A DNA stretch of 64,000 nucleotides from Psammoneis japonica. Lineage: Eukaryota. The notes under the pieces were generated by a model. It made no database searches. It was not told the origin of the DNA and was given only the letters and a program-made list of their open reading frames with translations. The position numbers were made by a program, and so were the translations under genes. Position 1 is the stretch's first letter; each line of letters opens with the position of its first letter. The stretch spans positions 186,001 to 250,000 of the forward strand of contig QPGO01000069.1 of the NCBI GenBank assembly GCA_008632985.1, read 5' to 3'. This document shows positions 11,684-23,802 of the stretch, in pieces.

Positions 11684-14600
11684 TCCCCCCCCACACACAC
11701 ATTCCACGCCAAACCCTAACCCCATTTTTCACACATGGTTGATCTGTTCTTTTTAATCTTTGGCAGGTGTTCACAACACACCATTGAGAATGCCAATGCC
11801 CACTTTTTCTCCACTGGAGTTTTGGACCAAAGATGTGTGTGCTTCGCGTGCATTGGCACTTTCAACAGTCACATCTGAGCTGCAATGGCAATGACCATTA
11901 AAATGGCTGATCTCAATCTTTTTGGCTCACGAGAAAACTTGCCAACCACACTGATGAAGCAAAAGTGAAAGCTTGCATTGTCAAGCTTTGCAGGTTTGGC
12001 AAGACTGATCCAAAGTCTTGTCAGTGCCAAAGGTGCTCTGTGCATTCGAGAACCCCAATGACAGTGTACAACCAAACAATGATGACAAGTGCCAGTGCTT
12101 CCAATCAAATCATGCCAACAAGGAACAACAAAGCCACAGCGTCACATGCCGTGACTTTTGCTGAACCCAGCTCAACTGCAGCTGCAGCTGAAAAGCACCC
12201 ACCAAAGGCATCCAAGCAACAAAAAAATTGACAAACTCGAACCATGCCAGGAACTGATTGAGAGGCAGCAAACAGGACTTGGGGACACCTTTGAGACCTT
12301 GGCGACTCAAATGATTGTGCAACCAACCCAGGTGCAACTGAGGGAGACAAGCGTGCAAGCCTTCATTGGTGGTCAAGACCCTCCATTTGTCCCCTGCAGC
12401 TCAAGACTCAATGTTGAACTCAAGCACAGCAACAAGCTTAATGACAATGCTGAAGCAGCTGAGCTTGTGAGTGAATTCAAAGATTTGGCATCCGATTTCC
12501 AATGAAAAGGAACCAAACTCATGCACAAGATGGCAGAACAAGAGCTCGAATGTGCAAAAGCTGAAAGATTTGCTGCATTCTTCAACTCGTGCATCAACCT
12601 CTTTGAATGCCATGTGTTCTGTTGTGTCACATGCAGAAAAGGAGAAACCAGGCATTCATGCAGGCACCTGGGAGCGCTCTGCCTGTTGAAACATGCCAAG
12701 AAGTGTGTTGCTGACATGTTCCACTTGACACGCCTGTGAGTCAAGCAGGATGGTCATCACTGATGAGATCATCTTGCAAATGAACTTGGCAACAGAGGAC
12801 AATCCTGCCGACACCCAAGGCGACACGACAGAAAACCCATGTCACCTTGCGGATGGCAAGACCAAGATCTACAAACAAGTGGTCATGTGCCTTCAATGCA
12901 AAAACACTTTTGAGGAAGTCACGATGACACTGCAAAACAAAATCAATTGCAAGAACGAGCTTTCCTGAGCAAATGCCCAAGTCGCAGCCAGATGGAACGC
13001 ACGGAACAAAAAAGCCGCAGCAGAAGCAACATCAGCTGCACTGGAAGATGAGCCAGCAGCAAGCCCAGACATTCTAAAACAGCTCATGGCCAAACAAATT
13101 GAGCTCAAAGTGGCTGGCACAGCTGAACAAGCAGCCAAAATGCTTGAACAGCAACAGTTGCAAAAGAAATGAAAAAACTGAATGGGCAACCAGAAAGCCC
13201 CACCAGCAAAAAACAACGCCACAACAAAGGCAAGAAAAGGGCCACCACAGAAAAAAAACAAAAAACAGGAAACAAGCCCCAGTCCAAAGCCACCCAGAAC
13301 CAAGGAACAGCAAAAGGCAGTCACGGTGCACAGTGCACAGGCAGGCAAAAAGGCTCCAAAAACAAGATGAGACATGGGCAGCTAAACAGGCATGATGCCT
13401 CACCACCAAGGAGACAATCAAAACTGCCAACCGTCAAGCCAATAATTTTTGCCAGAGGATCTGTGGGTTCACACCAAACCCAAATAAAACCCAGTGGCAG
13501 AATGCAGTCAATGCCCTTGGTGACATTTCTGCAGTGCAATGCTTCAGCCAGCCACAAACAACCTTGCCTTCCACAACCCATGCACTGCCCTCATGCCACC
13601 TCCTGGACTCGTTGCATTGCTTGGACTCAGCCACAAGTTCTGTGTCCAACAACCAAAGCCTCCAGCACCCCACAACAGGCCTGGAATTGAGCAACTCTGT
13701 TGCTCAATTTGTCTCTGTCAGCTCATCAACAACACAAACAACCTTCCCAAAACCAACTGCATCCCCGGCTTGCATGGAATGGGCCCCACCAAAAATTAAG
13801 GACAGAAACCTGGAACTGCAGATGATGGACTTCATGAACCGCACCAACAAACTCTGCCACAAAACGCCCAAGGCACAATTTGTCGCCACACCAATGCCAA
13901 CTCCTCCACTCACCTAAAAGAGGACAACCAGTTTGTTGTCTGTGTGAGCGACAAAAAACAGGGACCAGTCATCATTAAAATGCAACCCATGTGAAATGAG
14001 CCCTTCAAGACCACTTGCTCAACTAACACAGCCACCAACGGCTGTCAATGCAGGAGAAAAACGAACTCCTGCAAGACACCAAACAACAGCTCATGGATGC
14101 GCACAATGAAGCCAAGTCAATGTCAAGCTCTGCCAAGCAAACACATTTCAAACGCAGCTTCAATCTGCCGCACTGCATCCCGCAATTTCATGTCATGATC
14201 AAGGTCCAGAAATCCCCATGGAAAACAAGACCCATCATCAGTTGTGTCAGAAGCTTTAACAAGATTTTCTCAAATTTGTCAGACAAGAAAATGAAAGAGC
14301 TCCTTGCTTTTTCCCACTCCTGCATCTGCGATTCTTGCCAAGTGCAAGGATCTGTGAGCATTGGAAAGCCCACCCAAGGACGCCAAGCTCTTCATGCTTG
14401 ATGCCGTCAGCATGCTTTAAAACATTGACACAAACCATGCATTGGAAGTCTTCAAGAACTGGTTTTCTGCCTGTTCTGACAAAATGCCAGCAGATTTCCC
14501 ATGCAGTTTTTTCTTTCAGCCCTCTCAATCATCATGACATGGAACATTCTCCAGTTTGACGACACTTTTTGACTGCAAACCTGTGGAACTGCTGTGGGCA

Positions 14601-14777
14601 CTGGCACAGCATGCATGTGTGCAACACTGCACAAGGCCCTTCATGAACGCCAAGTGCTGCAAACCCACTTCACCACCAACCTGCAGTGCTGTGGCCAATT
14701 CATCAATGACATCTTGGGGATGTGGGCCGGAAACTCTGACTCAACATGGACAGAATTCAAAGCAGAAATGAACAACT
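11562..14777 (+). mobile_element. Decayed, 3'-truncated Penelope-like retroelement (upstream ORF plus reverse transcriptase)
   Basis: RT motifs across frameshifts at ~13.9-14.77 kb: IPQFHVMIKVQKSPWKTRPIISC, KLFMLDAVSML*NIDT, NILQFDDTF*LQTCGTAVGT, LQCCGQFINDILGMW (Penelope-type PKVHK..RPIIS, DxxSMYTNI, QxxGTAMG, RFIDD). No GIY-YIG domain is seen before the sequence switches to the direct repeat. Confidence 0.8.
11938..12003 (+). ncRNA. Type I hammerhead ribozyme (mutated) in the 5' part of the Penelope-like element
   Basis: CTTGCCAACCACA-CTGATGA-A-GC-AAAA-GT-GAAA-GCTTG-CATTGT-CAAGC-TT-TGCAGGTTTGGCAAG. It has the core CUGAUGA and GAAA, stem III GCTTG/CAAGC, NUH = CUU, outer stem I CTTGCCAA/TTGGCAAG and a minimal stem II. 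Confidence 0.75.
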
Positions 14778-14997
14778 CTTTGGCAATGCCAGTTCCCCTG
14801 AACTTGCCATCTTCATCATGATTTTGTTTTCTCATGACTGCAGTGCTGTCCCTTGTGTTGACCCCCTGTCAACTGCCCCCACCTTCTCAAGCCTTGTCCT
14901 TGTCCTTGCACTCACCCCACTTTGCCAAGAGCTGTGCAAACACTCCCCACCTTGTTCCAAGTCTGCCACCTCTTCCTGCCTCAATGACAACCATGCC
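14777..14997 (+). repeat. ~220-bp direct repeat, copy 2
   Basis: Near-identical to 11461-11683. Confidence 0.9.
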
Positions 14998-17149
14998 CCA
15001 TGCCCCCCCCCTTCCGTCATTCCATGGTCCCTAGAGAGCCTCAATTCTCTGGGCTCTCTTCTTGGAATTGTCCTCAACCACTGCAAAAATTGAGGATGGA
15101 TCTGAGCAGGCTGAGCATGGACATTTTCCCACATGTGCAGCATGCCACATTGTTGCTGTGACATCAACTGTCATCACACACCAAACATGGCATCTGTTGG
15201 CCATGAGCATTGGCTTGGTGGCACTGATGATGCCAACTTGGTTGGCCTTGATGATGACTGGGGGACTGTGAAGATGCAGCACATGGTGGCATGTCTCTCT
15301 CTCTCTCTCTCTGTTCAGAAATGGGCTGCTGCTGCTGCTGTTGCATCTGCTTTAGCAAAAAGAACAAGAGGAAGCAAGATTTGGCACCAGTGCAAAACTT
15401 GCACCAGCAACATTTGGCAGCAGCAAAAAACTTGTGCTGAACAATGATGCTGGACAATGGCGCCAATTGTTGTGGCTTCCCTCTCGTCACAACTCATTCA
15501 AGCAAAATTCAGCAGCAGCACAAAACTTGCACTGAACACAAAAGCAAACTCTTGCAACTTCTCAATTGGCTGTCACAAGTCATTCAACAAAGCCTTGGTT
15601 GGCTGTTCATTGTTTTTGGAGCCAGAGCACCACAGCTGCCTTTTTCTTTGCCTTCTCCATTCTAAAAAAAGCAGAGGCAACCATGCCTTGTTGGCAGTGA
15701 ATTTGGTTTTTGGCTTGTTGTGTCCACCACAATTTTGTTGGTTGTTTCCCAAGTGCTTGTGAGTTTTTTGTTTGTGTCTTGGCTCACCTTCACAAAATGA
15801 AGACACTTTCCCTCCTTGACAAGTTGAGCTTTCTTTTTCTTGTCAGCATTTTTTCATGCAGACTGTGTTGGAGGAACCCCAAAGTGTGTCAGTGAGTTTG
15901 TCCTTTTTCTGGAGCTGACTGCATTTTGCAAAAGTTTCTGCCAGATGCATTGAGAGCTGAGAGCAGTCCACAGCAGTTGCACTGCTGTCAAGATTGCCAT
16001 GACAGAATGGGCACTTGTTTGCATGTCCATCCTTGCTTCAGTGCATGGGTGCTGCTTCCGCTTCTCCAAAAAATTCTTTTAAGTTGACAGCGCCAGCACT
16101 GCCTCTGAAAAATGAGACCATGTCCCTCATGAAGTTCATTCAAACTGCATTGCCTCCCATGCATTGACACAACTTTGTTGGAAAGCTGAGTCAGGCTGCA
16201 GAGCCAGTGCAGTTGAAAAGATTTTTACAGAGGCAGCAGCTGTGCCACTTTGCAGGATGCCTTCACCAACAATGTCCAGTCTTGGCGTGTTTGCTCAAGG
16301 CTCAATGGGAGCTTTTGAGAGCCACCATGACAAGACTTTTGTTTTTTTTGTTGTGTCACAGCCCCCACATCAGTTGATGATGTCATGCACATGGCACAGC
16401 TGACAACAGCCAATGCATGCTCAATTTGTCAGAGTTGTTGTCATTGATTCTTGACATGCCTGGTGTGTTGCATTTTTTTGTTTGTTGCACTGTCATGCAT
16501 TTTGGCACATGAGCAAGTTTTTCCCAAGGTTTGGGGAATGAAAACCTGTGAGAATTGTTGCCAGAGTCTGTTGGATGCACTGCACAAAATTTGAACAATG
16601 GCGAACAAACAATGTGGTGCACAGAACAGATGATGGTTCCAGAGCAGTGCTTCAGCACTGTGTCATTGCATCACAGTGCACTGTCAGGGCCCACAAGCTG
16701 TCAGGGAGCTTCTTGTCAAACAACAGCACATGATTGCTCTCTTTTGCATTGACCAAATCTTGTTTTGATGGTCCTTGTCAGCCACATCCTGTCTGCTGCT
16801 CTTTGCTGGCTCTGCTTGCATTTTAGCTTCAGACTCTTTTCTTTCTAAGTGGTTTTGTGCCAGCTTCAACAAAACCGCTTGGGCCTGGCTTGGCAACGTG
16901 TTGGCCAACAACATTGGCCCAATTTCTGCAAAAACTGGTGTGCTTTTGGCATGAACAGAGCATGAGCAGCACAGGGGGCAATTTGATTTTGATGTTTTTT
17001 GGCACATCCATTGGATTGCAGCCAGCACATGAGTGGCACTGCTGTCATCAGTTGCCACATTGTGGTGGAATGCCAACTCATCACTTTTCCTTTGCATGCC
17101 ATGTGTGAGTTGTCAGCAAAGAAGGCAGCTTGTCAGGAAAGGAAGGGTC

Positions 17150-17990
17150 TGCCTTGCTGTCCCCCAACCCTCAACCTTTCCCAACAACCCTGACTTGTGC
17201 TGCCTCTCTCTCAGCCTCTCTTGGCAGTGCTGGCTGCTGCGACCCCCCCCCCCCTGCCATGGCCGCTTGCTCCCTTCTCACTTCCCTTGCCGGCTCTCTC
17301 CAATTTGCTGAACAAGGGGTCTCCTTGGCTTGGCAGGTGACTGACACTTCCACCTGCCTCCCAGCTGATCTGCTGCTCTCTCCTCCAGGTCTAAACTGTG
17401 CTCCCCACCTGCCTCCAGTCTCCACCCCAATTTTTTCTTCCTTGTGCCTGCCCTTTTCCAAGTTGAATCTCCTGACTTTTCTTTTTCCCTCTGCCCTCCT
17501 TTGCCACTCCAACTGCGTGGCCTTTGCCAGTCACCCACCTTGACATGTCCACACCTTTGCCACCACCAGCACAGTGCTCTTCCCCTGCGCACCTGCAGCA
17601 CCAACCTGGCCTCCAGCTGGCCCTCCCTTCTCTCCCTCCCTCTTGCCAGTGTTCAACGGCTCTCCTCCATCATCACTGCCACCAACAGATCTAGCCTCTT
17701 CCTCCCCCCCCTTCACTCTTGACCATCACTTGGGTGTTGCAGGGCACCATCATTTCCACACCCTCCTTTTGGGTCACTCTCGAGGCGGTGCTTCATCCGC
17801 CCCACCCCCGCCTCCCACAGCCTCTCCAGCCAACTTTTTTCCAATTCTCATGCTCGTTCTTTTTCAGCCTGCTGATCTTCTCTCCTTTCACCAATCAACC
17901 TCGTTGTCCAGGTCAACATCACCTGGACAAACCGCAGCCCCCTGATCATTTTGGCTCTCCATTGCTCATCCACTCACCCATTTCACGCCC
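17150..17990. other. Pyrimidine-rich low-complexity tract at the edge of the repeat block
   Basis: Visibly C/T-dominated on the + strand; no credible protein. Confidence 0.5.
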
Positions 17991-18308
17991 ATGACACGCG
18001 TGAGCGAGCGACAAGACGATGAGGTGGCACTTGCAACGCCGGCATGCACGGACTCTCTACCTACAGCCAGTAGGGCCTACAGTGCTGTACGCTACGGTAC
18101 GATGCGAAAGCGGACGATTGACTGACGTATTTTCTCAGTGGCAAACCTCCGGAACTTCAACGGGTTCTGCCGCCACCGCGAACGAACACGTCTTTCAACT
18201 GCCAACCGTTCAACTTTTCAAATTCAGTTCTTCTTTCAGATCGTCTCACAATTTTCTAACGCCTCACTTGCCCCACTGTTCACACGTTGAGCAACAAGAC
18301 AAGCAATC

Positions 18309-19872
18309 ATGTCCGAAACAAATAATACCGAAATCGATAACGGCGAAGTAAGTCAAAGCGGTGATGTGGTGTGCCACTATTGTTGTGTCGTTATTCGCCT
18401 TGTGGCTCACGAATCACGATGTCGCATTTTCGACGCAGTGGAAGGAAATCAAAAAGTACGAGACGTACTCGCTCGCAGTTGATCCCGATCAAGATGACAA
18501 GGCTACCGAGATCAAGCTATGCAATTTCTCTCGCCCGCACATGCGTGCGTTCCACTGCTCGTGGTGGGGTTTCTTCATTGCCTTTTTCATTTGGTTCGCC
18601 ATTGCTCCTCTGCTCTCTGAGATCAAGAAAACTCTCGATTTGACCAAGCAAGAAGTGTGGACTTCTTCCATTGTAGGTGTCGGAGGAACTATCTTTATGC
18701 GCTTCATCCTTGGACCTGGTTGCGATAAGTGGGGAGCTCGCATTCTGTTTACCGCAGTCTTGTGCATTGCCTCCATCCCGACGGCCCTGACCGGAACTGT
18801 CAACTCTGCCACCGGCCTCGCCATCCTTCGTCTTTTCATTGGTATTGCTGGTGGATCCTTTGTCATGTGCCAGTACTGGTCCAGCCGTATGTTTACCAAG
18901 GAGGTAGCAGGAACTGCAAATGCCCTTGTCGGTGGGTGGGGTAACCTCGGTGGCGGTGTGACTCAGCTTGTTATGGGATCTGCTCTCTTTCCTCTCTTCA
19001 AGGTTTTCTTCGATGGCGATGCCGAAAAGGCCTGGCGTACCGTCTCCGTCGTCCCTGCCGTCGTTGCCTTCAGCTCTGGTGTTGCCATTTACTTTATCAG
19101 TGACGACGCACCCAAGGGTAACTACCACGAGATGAAGAGGAACGGAACCATGCCTGAGATTTCTGCTGCTGCCTCCTTCCGCAGTGGTGCTATCAATTTC
19201 AACACCTGGCTTCTTTTCATTCAGTACGCCTGCTGCTTCGGTGTGGAACTCACCATGAACAACGCTACCGCCCTTTACTTCAAGGAAGAGTTCGGCCAGA
19301 GTACCGAGAGTGCCGCCGCCATTGCCTCCATCTTTGGCTGGATGAACCTTTTCGCCCGTGGTCTCGGAGGATTTGCCTCTGATAAATTCAATGCCAAGAT
19401 GGGAATGCGCGGCCGTCTCCTCATCCACACCATCTTCCTTGCCTGCGAGGGAGCAATGGTGCTCATCTTTGCCAACACTGGATCCCTTGGACTTGCCATT
19501 TTCATCATGATTGTCTTCTCCATCTTTGTGCAAGCCGCCGAAGGTTCAACCTACGGTATTGTCCCCTACGTTGACCCTCCGTCCACTGGATCCATTGCTG
19601 GCATCGTCGGTGCCGGTGGTAACTGTGGTGCTGTCGGTTTCGGTATGGGCTTCCGCGAGCTCAACTACAAGGACGCCTTCCTTCTCATGGGATTCGTCAT
19701 TCTTGGATCTTGCGTCCTCTCCGTCTTTGTCAGGATCAAGGGACATGCTGGTCTTATCTTTGGACAGGACGACCCCGAAATCACCAAGGCTGCTGCCAAC
19801 ACTCTTTCGGTTCCTGAACCGGATGCGGAAGCCATGGAGGATGTCAACGTCGAAGAAGAAGAAGAAGAGTAA
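18309..19872 (+). CDS. NRT2: High-affinity nitrate transporter (NRT2/NNP family, MFS); exon 1 18309-18347, exon 2 18439-19872
   Basis: FSRPHMRAFHCSWWGFF, GGSFVMCQYWSSRMF, ANALVGGWGNLGGG, FGVELTMNN and GIVGAGGNCGAV motifs; GT-AG intron after MSETNNTEIDNGE. Confidence 0.97.
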
Positions 19873-20377
19873 GCACTCTATCTTGAAACAAGGAGTTGGG
19901 AGAGCCGTTGAGCTCCCAGCAGTATCGTTGCAGCAATTTTGCACATCAGTTGCCTCGATCTCCAAAGTTTTGAATGAACGAGAACGCGCCACAAATTCAC
20001 AGCTCTGTTCTCGCTGTCCCTTGATGTTTTGTTGCATGAAACGAATTAGATATTACTTCTTAATTCGATAGTTTAGCTTGTTACCTGTGTCGCCATTAAC
20101 CTTTTCATCCTTTTTAGCAAATAACGGCCATCATACAGTACTGACTTGGTTTGGTGCAAGCTCAGATGCGTGATGGCCACTTACCAGCTGCGGATCGTCT
20201 TACGAACGAAACATTCCTTATTCGTACCGGTAGGTCCATGCTAGCTACTAGGGGTTGGGCTCAGCTACGGTTCGCTTAGGGCTTCACGTTTCAAATCCAT
20301 TCAACCTTGCTACCAGTTGAACTAGCCGACGCGTCCTTGATCGTTCCTGCAGCCAACAGATGCTAGAACTTTCGACT

Positions 20378-20506
20378 AGCGCCTTCATCCTAACGAAGCG
20401 ACACGTCACCCTTACTTTTTGACAAGACGACCCCGAAATCAATGACGAGGATATCGCCGTTCCCGTTGTAGCAGCTACCGTTGGAGACGGGGAGATCAAA
20501 GAGTAA
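20378..20506 (+). pseudogene. Diverged remnant of an NRT2 3' end (old tandem duplicate)
   Basis: Translates SAFILTKRHVTLTF*QDDPEINDEDIAVP..., versus SVFVRIKGHAGLIFGQDDPEITKAAANTLSVP in the intact gene. GACGACCCCGAAATCA is shared exactly. Confidence 0.7.
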
Positions 20507-20976
20507 AAAAGCTAAACATGAAATTGTAAGCTACACACGACTTATGAAACTCTAGCAACGCGACTTCCTTTGGCCATGACCAAGGCCAACCATTGAATGA
20601 AACCGGGGGGAGCTTTTAGTTGATCAACACCAAGGCGGTGAGACTGGGCTTGGCATCGTTATGATTCACAAAGCTGCACCTCATTTCAGAAACCCACAGC
20701 ATTACACATCTTAGCACATAGAAATGCGAAGATTGCCTCGGCAGTTTCTGTCATCATTGCCAGGACATTGTCTTTGATAAAAACATTTCTAGCTTTGAAT
20801 CCCTCCACGTCAACATATTGATGTGGCTAGTCTTTCAATCCCCTCGATCGTTCAGACTCCCAGAAGCGCCACAAGTTGGTCGCAATCAACTGAAAGTTGA
20901 AAGGATAGCAGCTGAGAGATGCCAACACGCCATCTAGTCGAATAGCTCTCTTCAGAAACAAGCAAGGCAATGTTCA

Positions 20977-21492
20977 TCAAAAGCTCATACTTCGAGGCCG
21001 CGAACTACTCAGCGACTCTTCGTCTTCGTCTTGCATGTCGTCGTGCCCTCCCAAAAACTGCTCCAGAAACCCGCCCGACAAGTTTCGTCTCATTCCAACA
21101 GAGGTATTGCTTTGTTTTGTATCACTCCCGACAAGACTTCCCATGGCTGATAGTAAGGTCGACGGTGTCTGACGTGGAGCTTGGTAGGTGTTTAACCGTG
21201 ACCGCTTGCCACTGTCACACGGCGGGGTGGTGGTGGCGGTATCCAGGACTGGCTGTTGCGGTAAAATCGGTGACTCGTAGGACACATCGTGGTGGTGATG
21301 ATGATGCTCCTCCTCGTCGTCTCGAATCCGCTTGTACTGAGGAGTAGTAGGACTCACGTAGGGTAACACCGGTGGTGTCGGCGTCGCTGGTGCTGGCCAC
21401 GACGCCGACGATGTTACATGCGGTGACACGACCGCTGCCGGCTGCGGGGCTGAAACGAGTGATTCCATGACTGGAGCAGAAAATTGTTGCAT
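20977..21492 (-). CDS. Hypothetical low-complexity protein (His run, C-terminal RRNLSGG...RPRSMSF)
   Basis: 171-aa ATG-initiated ORF with normal composition in the gene-rich island; no recognised domain. Confidence 0.6.
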   Translation of the reverse strand: MQQFSAPVMESLVSAPQPAAVVSPHVTSSASWPAPATPTPPVLPYVSPTTPQYKRIRDDEEEHHHHHHDVSYESPILPQQPVLDTATTTPPCDSGKRSRLNTYQAPRQTPSTLLSAMGSLVGSDTKQSNTSVGMRRNLSGGFLEQFLGGHDDMQDEDEESLSSSRPRSMSF

Positions 21493-22209
21493 CGTCCTCT
21501 CTTGGAAGCGTTGAATGGTAGCTTGGTTGCTTATGAAGCTAATCAGCGATTATTAGTAGTGAGGTGTGGAGTTATCCCGTTACGTCTTCTTTGTCGTCGT
21601 CAACACTACACTGCGTCAACTACAACATACTGCTGGCAGCGCAACGCGATACATCGCGATGAAAGTGGGCGTCACTTCCCGCCTCCAACTTTTGCCCGTA
21701 AAACTTACGATGGAACGTACTGGCGCATCGGCGACGTGTCGTGTTCTCTTTTTTTTGGATAGTGAGTAGATAATACTGCCCTTCTCCAATGTTTGCCTAC
21801 TTGCACAATTAAGTCCAAAATGCTTTTGAGTATGCTAAAAATTTAGATAAATATGACTTAAAAACTTGAATATATTTATAAATAAGCTAGACTTCGCAAT
21901 CACCTCCGCTTTAGTCAAATGAGTCCATGCCGAGATCACGATCTTCAAAAATAGGGCCTACTGCTTCCATACAGTACTGGCACTAAGCACAGGGCTCAGT
22001 CGGTAAAGAACTGCCATAGTAGAGACACTAACTATAGTACCAAAAGAAAAATATCTCTAGTATGGATAGCTCTAGAGTGTAGCAGAGAAGTGCTGCTCTA
22101 CGTTTCCAAACCGGACGATATCTCTTTGTGGTGCGTTTATGGATTTACCCGTTCAAATCTATGTGGCTGAAGAGCTGGCGAATTCCAGGCACAACAAGCA
22201 CAACACTTT

Positions 22210-23427
22210 CTACTCGCTAGGCAACATTCCATCGACAAACTGTCCAATGGTGAAAGCGAGAGTTGCGCACGCACCTCCCAATAGGAGCGTCTCCATTCCA
22301 CACACAAACCAATGTCCGGCGCTGAAACATAAATGCACGATTCTAATTTCAGACAATGAAACAAGAGCAAAGCAAGCAAAAACACGCACACCCAGCGCTT
22401 ACCTGTTGAAAAGACTCTTGACTGAACCCAAAAAGAAGAGCACCACGCCAGTTACAATACAGGCGACGACAAACAAGGTGTGCTCGTTCGCATCCGGAAA
22501 CATGGCGGGAAAAATGACATATCCAAGAACTGGTAGCGATCCAAAGAAGGCAAAGGAACAAAACATCACGATGCCTGAAAAAACAGAAAAGTGATTCCGA
22601 TGAGTTCACACTCTTTATATAATTTCAACCCCTTTGTTCAACTGGAATGATTGATCGACTCTCACCTTCTCTGAAACTCTCAGACACATGGTCTTCTTCC
22701 GGGACCTGAAGTCCTAGTTCTTCCGCCATCATTACATCCACGAAAAACTCCTTGTATTTGGCCATTGTGTTGATCACAAGCTCTGCGTCCTCTCGTTTCA
22801 TGCCACGCTCTTCGTAAATATCCACCATTTCACGCACTTCTCCCTCTGGGTAGTGTTCTAGTTCCCACTCTTCCCGGCGACGCTCACTAAGAATCCATTC
22901 GTTCTCCGCTTTGGAGGACAGAAATTCGCCCACACCCATGCTAAGGGCATCTGCAAAAATGTTTGAAAAGCCTAGAATAAGCACCACGTTGGGAGACAAG
23001 TGACCACCCGCCGCTCCGGCAACAATGGCAAAACTTGTCAGGATACCGTCAAGACCGCCAAAAATGGCCGGTTTCAAGAAACCCCCTTCCGACTGGTGCA
23101 TTTCTTCCCCCGCGTCGTGTCGAACGTCATGAAAGTTCCTGAACAAGACGTGAAGCACAATCGTAGAAGCAAAAGTGAGCAACAAAGAGACGACAAGAGC
23201 ATCAGGCGTGTCAGAAGAGATGACAAACTGTGACACAAGATATTCCGGTCAATTCCCTATTCAAATAGACACAATTGAATAGAGAAATGTGGACATTTCA
23301 ATAAGCAAATCGAAATCAGACAGAAAGATACAACTCACTTGGAGGCTTCTGCATCTGCACCTTCGAATGCTTTTCGAGCTCCGTTAGGCTGTGCAAGCAA
23401 TGATGTATTCTCCGTAACGCCCGTCAT
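22210..23427 (-). CDS. VIT1: VIT1/CCC1-family vacuolar iron/manganese transporter (4 exons)
   Basis: IFGGLDGILTSFAIVAG, NIFADALSMGVGEFLSSKAE, ERRREEWE and MMAEELG motifs. Exons join through GT-AG introns from ATG 23427 to TAG 22210 (...GQFVDGMLPSE*). Confidence 0.92.
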
Positions 23428-23802
23428 TTTCCTTTCAGTAGTTGGGTTCAAAGAACGCAGCAAAAAGACAATTGACGTGGTGTGATTTTATTGTGATGAA
23501 TTTTGCAATGCTTCGCTTCGCGTCGGAGGGAGTTCTGGCCGCCGTTGGAGATTTCGAAGACTAAAGGAGCGCGCTGACTCAATCATGGAAGATGCGAAGA
23601 GGCTTTTCTGATCTACACCTTGTTGTGATCGGGAACGAACATTGGGATTATCTTGCATACTTCTTGACTAATTCTACTTCCGTCCTTGACACGAGTCAAG
23701 AAAACGTAGGGCCCTCTACAGTAGTAAAAATCAAATGCTACAGAACGGGAAAACAGCTGCCAAAAAAATACAAGTCCAAAATTAAAGTACCGGCAAATGC
23801 CT

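Noticed and set aside
15030..17130. Assigning an element or gene family to this eroded segment
   Set aside because: It looks like decayed coding DNA on the minus strand, but I could not recognise any motif.
8449..17994. Dozens of overlapping 60-170 aa Cys/His-rich ORFs as novel small metal-binding proteins
   Set aside because: They are the expected artefact of TAA/TAG loss and TG/CA excess, and occur in all six frames without domains. The same applies to 40.3-54.2 kb.
1..18050. Classical fungal-type RIP or simple CpG decay as the explanation of the composition
   Set aside because: RIP would enrich TpA. CpG decay cannot remove TpA, and CpG is retained in 1-7.7 kb.
18517..19533. 338-aa minus-strand ORF
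   Set aside because: It is the antisense shadow of the codon-biased NRT2 gene.
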